From NCBI GenBank assembly GCA_965146675.1, contig CBCTHM010000012.1, forward strand, positions 2,748-66,747: DNA of 64,000 nucleotides, read 5' to 3'. Made by a program: the position numbers and the translations under genes. Source of the stretch: an uncultured Eubacteriales bacterium (GTDB lineage Bacteria > Bacillota > Clostridia > Oscillospirales > Oscillospiraceae). A model generated the notes under the pieces. It ran no database searches. It was not told the origin of the DNA and was given only the letters and a program-made list of their open reading frames with translations. Below are positions 1-9,235 of this stretch, piece after piece. Numbering within the stretch: position 1 is the first letter of the stretch; each line of letters starts with the position of its first letter.

Positions 1-1043
1 ATAATACCACCCGCGTTACATTTTTCATAGTTAGATGTTGCCCAAAAGCTATTGGAAACATAAAAGTAGTCCCGCATTCCTGTTACTGTTCTCCAGTTGT
101 ACGATCCAATATACCATCCGCTACTTCCGTAATTAACTGGAATAACCCCCGCCAATATGGCCTGGGACACATAGTTGGCACAATCATTATGACAATAATA
201 GGAGTAAGAAGAATTGTATTTACTCAGGTTTATGTAATGGTTACCATGGGGGCAGGTTTGATTATACGTCGCCTCCGAGGAATAGGTCCTGGCGTAGTCT
301 CGGGCTCTGACCCGGTAATAAAGGGGAACAAGGGCTCTGGGCTGTACCGTTAACTCGTTTTCTGCCACCTGCTTCAGCACTTCCGCGGTGTTTTTCCGGC
401 CATTCTGCCTCATGACCGAGGCGTCTTCCGGGAAATACTCCTCCAGTGGGAAGGTACGTCCTCCATCTCCCAGGCCGAGTACCTCGTTCACCTGTCCGTC
501 CTGGGTATGCATGATTCGAATTGTAAACGCCAATTCAATCATATTCCCGAAATCGTCGGAATATCCGTCGATTTCCTGGACAATGGCGGCGGCAGCTTCG
601 TCGTAGCTGGCACTGGAGTCAGCCGGCAGCGAGATTCCCTGTACAGCGCCAGATTCGCAGGCAGCCTGAACTTGCTCCCCGGTACAATCCTCTATGGTAG
701 AAGCGCCCACCGCGTCCAGCATCCCGGCGATGTAGGGAAGCTCTTCCATAGACTGTGCCTTCAGGCACATATGGAACAAAAGGGTACAATCCGACTCAAC
801 GGTCCCATCCTCCGCATAGTAGCTCTCCATGTTGAGCAATTCAACGGACTCAATGTTGTAGTATTCTTTTTCCGCCGCAAGTAAAGGCTGCGCAGCCTCC
901 AGCACGTCGCCATCCGATAGGGTATCGGGCGCGCGTTCTCTGCTGATGCCGCTTGCAAAAGCAACACCTGCCAGCAGCAGGGTAAAAACCGCAATACAAA
1001 TGGTACGTAGAACAAGTCTCGAGCTCTTTTCCAAAAACTTCAT
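1..1043 (-). CDS. Secreted putative amidase (Amidase_6-like, Cys-dependent); runs off the left edge and is absent from the ORF track
   Basis: Manual translation from ATG 1043 after an AAGGAG RBS gives the signal peptide MKFLEKSSRLVLRTICIAVFTLLLAGVAFA. The same frame near the edge reads YYRVRARDYARTY...YNSSYSYYCHNDCANYVSQAILAG (DCxNxVSQ motif). The middle part was only spot-checked. Confidence 0.8.
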   Translation of the reverse strand, partial: MKFLEKSSRLVLRTICIAVFTLLLAGVAFASGISRERAPDTLSDGDVLEAAQPLLAAEKEYYNIESVELLNMESYYAEDGTVESDCTLLFHMCLKAQSMEELPYIAGMLDAVGASTIEDCTGEQVQAACESGAVQGISLPADSSASYDEAAAAIVQEIDGYSDDFGNMIELAFTIRIMHTQDGQVNEVLGLGDGGRTFPLEEYFPEDASVMRQNGRKNTAEVLKQVAENELTVQPRALVPLYYRVRARDYARTYSSEATYNQTCPHGNHYINLSKYNSSYSYYCHNDCANYVSQAILAGVIPVNYGSSGWYIGSYNWRTVTGMRDYFYVSNSFWATSNYEKCNAGGI

Positions 1044-1096
1044 TTTTTTCTCCTTTCACTTCCGTTGTGTATTTGTTTTACTTACTCCCCCATTAC

Positions 1097-1125
1097 AGTA
1101 TACTCTAACAAAGTATAAATGTCAA
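1097..1125 (-). promoter_or_regulatory. sigma-A promoter of the amidase gene with an overlapping palindrome
   Basis: Minus strand TTGACA-N17-TATACT; palindrome TATACT-N7-AGTATA at 1099-1117. Confidence 0.6.
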
Positions 1126-1263
1126 GAAAAATCACAAAGTGGGATTTTATTCATCAAATGATCCTTTCCCTCCTTCTCATTTTGTGCTATAATGACTAAA
1201 ATGTCTTGGTTGCTCATCTACTGCATGTTAAAGCAGAATAATTCTCCCAAAGGAGCGTTCCTC

Positions 1264-2028
1264 ATGAAAGATCCAAAGGCCATGGCCTATGTGAACCTGT
1301 ACGGTGTCCTGGCGGCCCTGGAAAACCTCTGCGAGTTGGACGAGCCCGCCCGGAACATCCTGTCCGGGTTAAAAAGGCCCGTGTCCCTGTGCTTTTCCGT
1401 CAAAGGCGGGCCCTGCGCCACCCTGCACTTCACCCAGTACAGCTGCCGCATGACCGAGGGCAGCGAGGACTGCACCTGCAGCATGCGGTTCTCCTCCCCG
1501 GAGAAATTCAACGCATTGATCGACCATAACAAGCCGGGCTTCCCCGGTAAAAATCCCCTGCAGCTCTTTTCCTTCCTCCTGGGGCCCTTCTCCCAGCTCA
1601 CGGCCCGGCTGACGGAGCTGCTGCGGCCCACGGAGGAGGCCATGCGGGACCGGGCTTTCTTCGAGGAAAGCACCATTCTCACCATGTACACCATCGCAGG
1701 CGCCATTTCCGCCTTGGCTAACACGGACCCCATCTCCCAGGTCTCCGCCAGCTACACGGTGGACGGGGCCGTCAGTCTGGGAATTCGGGATGTGGCGGAA
1801 GTGACCATTGAAGTAAAGGACCACCGGTTCACCACCCGGAAGGAGCCCGCGCAGCATCCCCGGGCCGTCATGGAGTTTGCGGATATCGACCTGGCCTACG
1901 GCCTGTTCACTGGGCGGGTCTCCACCATCAACGAGATGTGCAAGGGGACCATCCGGCTGCAGGGTATGATATCTATGATAGACAACATCAACCGGATTTT
2001 GGACCGGGTCGCCGTGTACCTGGCATAG
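1264..2028 (+). CDS. Hypothetical protein with two probable SCP2 (sterol carrier)-like lipid-binding folds
   Basis: AAGGAG RBS before ATG 1264. The C-terminal segment HPRAVMEFADIDLAYGLFTGRVSTINEMCKGTIRLQG resembles SCP2, and the N-terminal half has a similar pattern. Confidence 0.55.
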   Translation: MKDPKAMAYVNLYGVLAALENLCELDEPARNILSGLKRPVSLCFSVKGGPCATLHFTQYSCRMTEGSEDCTCSMRFSSPEKFNALIDHNKPGFPGKNPLQLFSFLLGPFSQLTARLTELLRPTEEAMRDRAFFEESTILTMYTIAGAISALANTDPISQVSASYTVDGAVSLGIRDVAEVTIEVKDHRFTTRKEPAQHPRAVMEFADIDLAYGLFTGRVSTINEMCKGTIRLQGMISMIDNINRILDRVAVYLA

Positions 2029-2039
2029 GAGGAAGCGTA

Positions 2040-3314
2040 ATGAGCAAATATCCCGAATACAAGCACACGAAAAGCCGGGCCTGGTTCGACCGGGCCCTGC
2101 AGGTCATCCCCTCCGGCGTCTATGGGCATCTGGGGCCCTCGGAGGGGCTGTTTCTTCCCCTGGAAAAGTGGCCGCTCATCGCCGCCCGAGCCAAGGGCGC
2201 TTACTTCTGGGACATGGACGACAACCGCTATCTGGACCTGATGTGCGCCTACGGTCCCAATATTCTGGGGTACGGGGACCCGGATGTGGACCGGGCTGCC
2301 ATGGAGCAGCTTATGGTGGCCAACTGCACCACCGCGCCGTCCTTTAAAATGGTAGAGTGCGCGGAGCTGCTGGTGGACACAGTGGCCATGGCGGACTGGG
2401 CCTTCTTCATGAAAAACGGCACGGACGCCACCACGTTTTCCGTGCTCTGCGCCAGGGCCCATACCCGGAAACGGAAGGTTTTTTTCCTCCGGGGGTATTA
2501 CCATGGCAACGATCCCTGGGCAATGAAGGCCGACTACCCTGGCATTCTCCCGGAGGACGTGGCCCACAACGTGGTGCTCCCCTGGTTCGACGTGGAGGCC
2601 TTAGAACGAGCCTATGATGCCTGCGGCGGCGACGTAGCAGCGCTCATTGCGCAGCCCTACGATCACGGGAACTTCGCGGACAACCGTTGCGCCACCAAGG
2701 AATACTGGGCGGCGGTGCGGGCGTTCTGCGACAAGCATGGCATCGTCCTGATTCTGGACGACGTTCGGACCGGCTTCCGGCTGGATCTGCAGGGCTCCGA
2801 CCATTATTACGGCTTTCAGGCCGACCTGACCTGCTTTTGCAAGGCTCTGGCCAACGGCTATAATATGTCCGCCGTCTGCGGCAGGGACTTTTTGAAGTCC
2901 GCCGCTTCCTCCCTTTCCTTCACTGGGTCCTACTGGATGAGCGCAGAACCCTTTGCCGCCTGCATCGCCTGCATCCAGAAGCTCAAGAGCCTGGATGCGC
3001 CGAAGCTGTTTCGGAAAATGGGGGAAACGCTCACCGACGGGTTCAAGGCCGCGGGAGCCGCGCATGGCTTTGACCTGGTGGTTTCCGGGGAACCGGCCCT
3101 GTTTTATCTGCGGATTGCCAATGACGATAGTCTGATGCTCCACCAGGAATGGGTGGCCGAATGTGTGAGCCGAGGCCTGTTTCTCACCAGCCATCATAAC
3201 CACTTTTTAAATGCAGCGCTGACCGACCAGGATATTGCCCTGGCGGTGGACATTGCCGACGACGCTTTCTCCGTAGTCGCTGCCCGACATCCAGAGCAGG
3301 GTTTGACTCCTTGA
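2040..3314 (+). CDS. Class III PLP aminotransferase (HemL/GSA-aminomutase-like family)
   Basis: AKGAYFWDMDDNRYLD, YHG, LILDDVRTGFR, DLTCFCKALANG (PLP lysine); GGAGG RBS before ATG 2040. Confidence 0.85.
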   Translation: MSKYPEYKHTKSRAWFDRALQVIPSGVYGHLGPSEGLFLPLEKWPLIAARAKGAYFWDMDDNRYLDLMCAYGPNILGYGDPDVDRAAMEQLMVANCTTAPSFKMVECAELLVDTVAMADWAFFMKNGTDATTFSVLCARAHTRKRKVFFLRGYYHGNDPWAMKADYPGILPEDVAHNVVLPWFDVEALERAYDACGGDVAALIAQPYDHGNFADNRCATKEYWAAVRAFCDKHGIVLILDDVRTGFRLDLQGSDHYYGFQADLTCFCKALANGYNMSAVCGRDFLKSAASSLSFTGSYWMSAEPFAACIACIQKLKSLDAPKLFRKMGETLTDGFKAAGAAHGFDLVVSGEPALFYLRIANDDSLMLHQEWVAECVSRGLFLTSHHNHFLNAALTDQDIALAVDIADDAFSVVAARHPEQGLTP

Positions 3315-3328
3315 CCTATCGCGCGGCG

Positions 3329-3367
3329 CGCCCGCCCGTTTCCTCTGAAGCGGGCGGGCGTCTTTTT
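3329..3367 (+). terminator. Rho-independent terminator
   Basis: cgcccgcccgtttc/gaagcgggcgggcg stem followed by a T tract. Confidence 0.8.
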
Positions 3368-3472
3368 GTTGCCGCGCCATACCGCGGATTCAGAATAAAA
3401 GTACGTTTTTCACGGTCCCGGTCTGTACTTCTCGTCAAAACACCCTTATTCTGGCAGAAAGGGGGATTTTAA

Positions 3473-3814
3473 ATGCAACTACGTCGAAATCTGTCCGCGT
3501 CACTCAACAGCATCCGGCAGGAGCAAGATCTGACCCTGTCCGATCTTGCCGAAAAGCTGGGCGTAGCCCGCTCCTGCTTGCAGCAGATACTCCATGGCCA
3601 GGGGAATCCCAGCCTGAATACCGTCGAACGCATGGCGAAGCAATTGGAGGTAGACCCCGTAGCGTTGCTGTCCACTGCCTCGCAAAGTAACCAGGCGGAG
3701 CTATTTCTCCACATGACCATGAAGCGCGCCCTCCAGCTCCCCGCCGAACGGCAGCAAGCATTGGAGAAGCTGGTCCTGGAGATTATCCAGCTCTGGGAAG
3801 ATTCTGAAACCTAA
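3473..3814 (+). CDS. XRE-family helix-turn-helix regulator
   Basis: IRQEQDLTLSDLAEKLGVARSCLQQILHGQGNPSLNTVERMAKQL. Confidence 0.85.
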   Translation: MQLRRNLSASLNSIRQEQDLTLSDLAEKLGVARSCLQQILHGQGNPSLNTVERMAKQLEVDPVALLSTASQSNQAELFLHMTMKRALQLPAERQQALEKLVLEIIQLWEDSET

Positions 3815-3940
3815 TCTCACCGATCGTCATACTGGGAAAAGCGGTTTCCGTCTGTTCCAAGGGCGAACCAGGCCCATCCCATGACAAATAGCCCTGCCCG
3901 GGTTTTAACCCCTCTGGTCGCAGGCTCCAGATCCCAGACA

Positions 3941-3979
3941 AAAGCCGCAACGGACCCCAAGCGGGGCCCGTTGCGGTTT
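3941..3979. terminator. Bidirectional terminator between convergent genes
   Basis: aaagccgcaacgg...ccgttgcggttt stem. Confidence 0.7.
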
Positions 3980-3986
3980 AGCCCTA

Positions 3987-4574
3987 TTAAGAAAACTTTG
4001 CTTTTACATAGTCCCAGATAATATCTGCCGATTTTTCAATGCCGATGGTACTGTTTAAGGCCATGTCATAGTTCCGGATATCGCCCCAGGTGTATTCGGA
4101 ATAGGTGTTGTAAAAGGCCGCGCGAGCCTTATCCTTCTTTTGCAGGGCGCGCTCCGGATTGTCCATGGGCTCTCTGTAGTCGTCCCTGGCCCGGCGGATC
4201 CGCTCCTCTAGCGGCGCATGGATAAAAATTCGCACGCAGTTCGGAATTCCTTTTAGGATGCAGTCTGCCGCGCGGCCTACAATGACGCAGGAGCCCTGCT
4301 CCGCCAACTCCCGGATCACGGCAAACTGCGCATTTCTGGCCTGTTCATATACAGACGGAACCGTAGTGGCCGCATAAACGCTATACAAAAAACTGGAGGT
4401 CTGCTTTTCCTCCACTTCCTTGACAAAATCCAGAGCAAACCCCGTCTTTTTTGCCGTCAGGGAAATCAGTTCCTTGTCATAATAGGCGATATTCATTTTT
4501 TTTGCCAAGCATTCGCCAATTAAGCGGCCTCCGGAACCATGCTGCCGCGCAATGGTAATAACGACGTTTTTCAT
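3987..4574 (-). CDS. Cytidylate kinase-like family protein
   Basis: VITIARQHGSGGRLIG, CVIVGRAADCIL, WGD...YDMALNS. Confidence 0.85.
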   Translation of the reverse strand: MKNVVITIARQHGSGGRLIGECLAKKMNIAYYDKELISLTAKKTGFALDFVKEVEEKQTSSFLYSVYAATTVPSVYEQARNAQFAVIRELAEQGSCVIVGRAADCILKGIPNCVRIFIHAPLEERIRRARDDYREPMDNPERALQKKDKARAAFYNTYSEYTWGDIRNYDMALNSTIGIEKSADIIWDYVKAKFS

Positions 4575-4697
4575 GTTCCTTCCCTCCCGGTCTGGATTGC
4601 AGAAATTACCTGCTATTATGATTATACTTCATTTTGGTACTTCCGGCAAGTAAATTCCCAGATTTTTTTTGGAAGCTCCCCGGCGCGCAGGTCCGGA

Positions 4698-5318
4698 TTA
4701 TCGGATAAAGCTGGTTTGTATCACTGGTTCCCGTTTCGGCATTTCCAGGCCCGCCTGCCTGCCCGCTTCCCGGCACTGGAGCAGCCAAACCAGGTTGCGC
4801 CCCAGGGTACGCATGGTCTGCAAGCCCTCCAGGTCCTGCCGCACCTCCTCCGGGGTATTACCGTGCACCTGGTTCCAATACTGGCTGGTGGCAATGACCA
4901 TGTTATTCATGGAAAAATACAGATTGAGCTGCTGAAAGGCCATGGTGGCCCCGCCCCGACGGCAGGAGACCACAGCCGCCGCCGCCTTCCCAGCCAAGCG
5001 CCCAGCCGCCGTAAAGAACAGCCGGTCCAGGAAGCTGGTGATCTGCCCGCTGGCGCTGCCGTAGTACACAGGAGACCCTACCACCAAGCCGTCCACCTGG
5101 TCCGCGCGGCTTACAATATCGTTGACGGCATCGTCATAGATGCAGGTTCCTCTCTTTTTACAGGCGCCGCAGGCCGTGCAGCCTGGCACGGGGCCTGCAC
5201 CCAGCCAGACTTCCTCCGTCTGCACGCCCCCCGCCTGCAGGGTTTTCGCCACCTCCTCCAGAGCCGTGGCCGTACAGCCCTTGGCATGGGGGCTTCCGTT
5301 GATCAAAATCACATGCAT
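4698..5318 (-). CDS. Multimeric flavodoxin / iron-sulfur flavoprotein family
   Basis: INGSPHAKGCT, CxxCxxCxxxxxC, GSPVYY, RRGG. Confidence 0.85.
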   Translation of the reverse strand: MHVILINGSPHAKGCTATALEEVAKTLQAGGVQTEEVWLGAGPVPGCTACGACKKRGTCIYDDAVNDIVSRADQVDGLVVGSPVYYGSASGQITSFLDRLFFTAAGRLAGKAAAAVVSCRRGGATMAFQQLNLYFSMNNMVIATSQYWNQVHGNTPEEVRQDLEGLQTMRTLGRNLVWLLQCREAGRQAGLEMPKREPVIQTSFIR

Positions 5319-5371
5319 AATGATTCCTCCTTAATTTGATGGCTCTTCCCTCACACTGGAATAGGAGCGCA

Positions 5372-5585
5372 TCACATGCTCTCCCAAGGTGAAGTCGTCA
5401 TATAAAGCATTTTGATATCGGCCTGCATCTCGACCAGAGGGTTGGCCTCCGCTCTCGCCAGGGCGTCCCGACCGTTCTCCGCCTCCAGCACCACCTGAAA
5501 GCCCAGGGCCTCCCAGTTCCGTTTTCGGATCATGATCTGGTGGGCCTCTTGCTTGTCATTTACAATTATAATGCAATAACGGCAT
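5372..5585 (-). pseudogene. Degenerate response-regulator receiver-domain remnant (YesN-like N-terminus)
   Basis: One frame reads YCIIIVNDKQEAHQIMIRKRNWEALGFQVVLEAENGRDALARAE...ADIKMLYM then stops. The ATG at 5585 after the GGGGAG RBS is in a different frame. Confidence 0.7.
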
Positions 5586-5753
5586 GCCAGCTCCCCCTAG
5601 AATGCCCGCAGTGCGCAAGCAGCTCATAGCCGTCAGCCCTTCCCATCTTTAATTCTATTATACAAAAAGCGTGCGTCAGATGCAACAGGCCTGCCGGCAG
5701 TTTTCCCCATGTTTCAGGACCTTCTCCGACCCTCACCCCACCGTACAGCGGGC

Positions 5754-5788
5754 AAAAGGCGCTGCAACCAGTGATTGCAGCGCCTTTT
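5754..5788 (-). terminator. spoIVA terminator
   Basis: aaaaggcgctgcaa/ttgcagcgcctttt inverted repeat. Confidence 0.75.
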
Positions 5789-5792
5789 GGGT

Positions 5793-7274
5793 TTAAAGAA
5801 TAATACAGATCAGGCCGCCGGCTCCCTCGTTGATGATACGGCCCAGGGAGTGCCGGAATTTCCCCCGCACATCGTCAGGCATCCGGCGCAGCTTGGTCGT
5901 CAGGCCGTCGTTGACCATCTCGAAAACGGATTTACCAAAGATGTTGCTCTCCCAGAGCTTCTCCGGGTCATTTTCATACTGGTCTGTCAGATGCCGCACC
6001 AGGTCCTCGGATTGCTTCTCATCGCCTACCATGGGGCTGATTTCCGCATCGATATCCACCCGGAGCATATGGATGGACGGAGCGCCCGCCTTCAGCTTAA
6101 TGCCGTAGGCACTGCCCTTTCGAATAATTTCCGGTGGCTCCATCCGCATCTCCTCCGGGGTCGGCATGACCACTCCGTAACCCGTGGCCTGGGCCTCGTC
6201 CAGAGCGGAGGCAATCTTGTCGTAAGCCCTTTTGACCTGCGCCAGCTCTGTGAGCAGCTCCATGAGCTCTCCCTCGCCGTTAATGGAGAAGCCGGTTTTT
6301 CCACTGAGGATTTCATAATACAGGCTCTCGGGGAAGTCCAGGACGCATGACACGGTTCCAGTGCCCAAATCAATATCCCGAATCCGGCAACCCACCACAT
6401 TCTCCAGCTCCATCAGCGCAGCCAGGGTGCTCTCTGCCTGGCACAGCGCCGAGATCTCTCCTGCCCGGGTGGCCAGGGCGTCGTACAGGGCGGCCTTCAC
6501 CGGATGGTCGAACTCCAGCGCGTCCATCCACCGGGGCAGATACACCCGCAGCTCCTGCATGGGGAAGACATACAGCAGATCTCGCAGAAGCGCGGCGATG
6601 TCCCCGGCGCTCAGGGCTTGGCAGTCTGCGGGCACACAGCTCACCTGGTAGGTCTCCTGAATCCGGCGGCACAGGCTCTGCGCAGGCTCTCCCTGCGGCT
6701 CTTTGCTGTTGACGATCACCAGAAACGGCTTTCCCGTGGCTTTCATATCGCTGATCGCCCGGACCTCCGCGTTTTCGTAATCCCCTCTGGGAATATCTGT
6801 AATAGAGCCGTCGGTGGTCACCACCAGCCCAATGGAGCAGTGGTCCTCCATCACCTTTTTGGTGCCCAGCTCCGCGGCCTCGGTCATTGGAATCTCATGG
6901 TCGTACCAGGGCGTCGTCACCATCCGCGGCACGCCGTCCTCCATAGCGCCCACGGCGCCCTCCACCATATAGCCCACGGAGTCAATCATCCGAACCCGAA
7001 GCCGGGCTGTGCCGTCTGGAGAGATCTCCACCGCCTCCTCCGGGACAAACTTCGGCTCCGAGGTCATAATCGTCTTGCCAGAGCCGCTCTGGGGCAGCTC
7101 ATCCCGGGCCCGTTCCTTCCGGTACGGGTCCTCAATATTAGGAATGACCAATTCCTCCATGATACGCTTGATCAGGGTGGATTTCCCTGTCCGCACCGGA
7201 CCCACCACGCCGATATAGATATCACCGCCGGTTCGGGCGGCAATCTCCTGGTAAATGGATTTTTCCATAGCCAT
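5793..7274 (-). CDS. spoIVA: Stage IV sporulation protein A
   Basis: IYIGVVGPVRTGKST, DELPQS, TSEPKFVP, C-terminal GGLICIIL. Confidence 0.97.
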   Translation of the reverse strand: MAMEKSIYQEIAARTGGDIYIGVVGPVRTGKSTLIKRIMEELVIPNIEDPYRKERARDELPQSGSGKTIMTSEPKFVPEEAVEISPDGTARLRVRMIDSVGYMVEGAVGAMEDGVPRMVTTPWYDHEIPMTEAAELGTKKVMEDHCSIGLVVTTDGSITDIPRGDYENAEVRAISDMKATGKPFLVIVNSKEPQGEPAQSLCRRIQETYQVSCVPADCQALSAGDIAALLRDLLYVFPMQELRVYLPRWMDALEFDHPVKAALYDALATRAGEISALCQAESTLAALMELENVVGCRIRDIDLGTGTVSCVLDFPESLYYEILSGKTGFSINGEGELMELLTELAQVKRAYDKIASALDEAQATGYGVVMPTPEEMRMEPPEIIRKGSAYGIKLKAGAPSIHMLRVDIDAEISPMVGDEKQSEDLVRHLTDQYENDPEKLWESNIFGKSVFEMVNDGLTTKLRRMPDDVRGKFRHSLGRIINEGAGGLICIIL

Positions 7275-7326
7275 CCTGCCTCCTTCAGTCTCGGCAGGAG
7301 GCACGCTCCTGCCATGGGTTTACTAA

Positions 7327-7355
7327 AAGGTATGTCCGGCAGAATCGGGTTAGAA
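7327..7355 (-). promoter_or_regulatory. Putative sigma-E promoter of spoIVA
   Basis: Minus strand TTCTAA-N15-CATACCTT; spoIVA is a known sigma-E target. Confidence 0.5.
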
Positions 7356-7440
7356 CAGGAATCTGTCCCAGCGCGCGATAGGAAATTTTCTGCTGCCAGT
7401 TATGAATGGAAAGGAAAAGGCCGGGCTCTTTTGACCCAGA

Positions 7441-7822
7441 CTCAGCCTGTCGAAAAAGCCTCGCAGAGTTCGCGCCCCAGGCGCGAAGGAGGCTCTCATT
7501 ATTTCCTGCCGCGACATGGGTTTGGCAGGAAATACCTCTCAGGCTGCAAGGGCGCGTTTTGTGTGCCGTTGGCGCACAAAACATGCGCGCAGTAGACTGC
7601 CACCCTTTTGTCAAAAACCCCAAAGGGGCTTTTGGGCCGGGCCCAAAGGGCCCGGCCTCAGCCTGTCGAAAAAGTCTTTTCGACAGGCTGAGGCCGTTTT
7701 TCAAACTTGTTAAAAGTTTAAAAAACGCACTGATTGAACGCGAAAGGGAACCCTGACGGTTCCCTTTCACACGTTCCTTCCCTCCGCATCCCTTCGACTT
7801 GCGGGTTTATCGACAGCCTGAG
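7441..7822 (+). mobile_element. Composite of TIR-bounded MITE-like elements (copy 1 plus nested derivatives)
   Basis: CTCAGCCTGTCGAAAAA at 7441 and 7657; TTTTCGACAGGCTGAG at ~7677-7692; TTTATCGACAGCCTGAG at ~7806-7822. Segment 7441-7635 aligns with 14097-14304. Confidence 0.7.
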
Positions 7823-7829
7823 GCCGGGC

Positions 7830-8777
7830 TCAAAAGCTCTGGCCCATGGTCTCGTCGAAGTGCTTATTGATTTGCTCTGTAAATTCCAGGGCCGCGTTGT
7901 AGCCCAGCTTTTTTTGCCGGTTGTTCATGGCGGCGGCCTCTAGAATCACCGCCAGATTCCGGCCTGGCGTGATGGGAATGGTGATTTGCGGCACCTTTAC
8001 TCCCAGGATATCAATGTGCTGCTCCTCCAGGCCCAGGCGGTCATAAACCGCATGATTGTTCCAGGGGACGATATTGATCACCAGATTAATGACATTTTCC
8101 TCCTTAATGGCGCCCATCCCAAAGAGCTTGGCCACATTGATCACGCCAATGCCGCGAAGCTCAATGTAGTTGCGAAGCAAATCCGGCGCCGTTCCCATGA
8201 GGCTGGTAGAGGAAATTTTCTTGATTTCCACCGCGTCATCCGCGATGAGTCGATGCCCCCGCTTAATGAGCTCCACAGCGGCCTCGCTCTTACCGATGCC
8301 GCTCTCTCCTACCAGTAGCAGCCCCTCGCCATACACATCCACCAGAACGCCGTGCCGGGTAATCCGGGGCGCCAGGGCGTTTTTTAAATAGGAGATGAGG
8401 CTGGAGACCATGTAGGAGGTGGCCTCCTGGCAGCAGAGCACCGTGATATCGTGTTTTTTTGCCATCTCCATACACTCGGGATCCGGGTCCATGCCCCGGG
8501 CGATGATGAGAGCAGGAATTTTAAAGGAGAACAGGCGGTCAAACACAATGCAGCGCTCTTCGCTGGAAATCTTATACAGGTAGCTCATTTCCACCTTGCC
8601 CAACACCTGCAGACGCATGGGCTCAAAGTGGTCAAAGTACCCCGCCAGCTGTAGGCCCGGCCTGGAGACATCCTCCACCGTCACGCGGATCGCCTCAAAG
8701 TCGCTGGACCGATGGGCGGGGAGCAGATTAAACTCCTGCACCAACTGCGCCAGAGGCACGCTGTATGTGTCAATCAT
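7830..8777 (-). CDS. hprK: HPr(Ser) kinase/phosphatase
   Basis: RPGLQLAG, HGVLVDVYGEG, GESGIGKSE, GHRLIADD, ELRGIG, PGRNLA. Confidence 0.97.
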   Translation of the reverse strand: MIDTYSVPLAQLVQEFNLLPAHRSSDFEAIRVTVEDVSRPGLQLAGYFDHFEPMRLQVLGKVEMSYLYKISSEERCIVFDRLFSFKIPALIIARGMDPDPECMEMAKKHDITVLCCQEATSYMVSSLISYLKNALAPRITRHGVLVDVYGEGLLLVGESGIGKSEAAVELIKRGHRLIADDAVEIKKISSTSLMGTAPDLLRNYIELRGIGVINVAKLFGMGAIKEENVINLVINIVPWNNHAVYDRLGLEEQHIDILGVKVPQITIPITPGRNLAVILEAAAMNNRQKKLGYNAALEFTEQINKHFDETMGQSF

Positions 8778-8973
8778 GCTTTCACCTCATTCCAATTTTC
8801 ATAAAATTGGTGTAAAAACATTATAACGAAAGGGGACACAGATATCAACCTGTTCTAAAAAAATAAAAAAATTGTATTTTGCTCTTGCATTTTTCCACAA
8901 AACCTGGTATTATATTAGCCGATGTCCTTCTGGACTGTGTAGGCGATTTCCTTATGGATTGGAGGTGCAGCTA

Positions 8974-9162
8974 ATGGCTAAGTGCGATATTTGCGGCAAG
9001 GGCGTTACCTTTGGCATTAAGGTCTCCCATTCCCACAGACGTTCCAACAAAATGTGGAAGCCCAATGTAAAGCGCGTCAAGGCGATTGTCGACGGTACTC
9101 CGCGCCATGTATACGTCTGTACAAGATGCCTCCGCTCCAACAAGGTTGAGCGCGCGGTATAA
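8974..9162 (+). CDS. rpmB: 50S ribosomal protein L28 (zinc-binding type)
   Basis: MAKCDICGKG...VSHSHRR...WKPN...CTRCLRS; GGAGG RBS. Confidence 0.97.
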   Translation: MAKCDICGKGVTFGIKVSHSHRRSNKMWKPNVKRVKAIVDGTPRHVYVCTRCLRSNKVERAV

Positions 9163-9235
9163 CTGCTGAAATACTGCAACGGGATGGCCTATCGGCTGTC
9201 CCGTTTTTATTCTTTCTGAAACCCGATGCATCCAC

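Noticed and set aside
2040..3314. Calling the aminotransferase hemL
   Set aside because: It lacks the PGGVNSPVR-type N-terminal motif I associate with true HemL, and no hem genes are nearby.
7707..7724. TTGTTAAAAGTTTAAAAA, resembling a Rex operator
   Set aside because: It lies inside a repeat hairpin at a gene 3' end, not at a promoter.
7285..7943. ORFs over the TIR element as a possible transposase
   Set aside because: Short, low-complexity translations of palindromic DNA with no DDE or HUH motifs.
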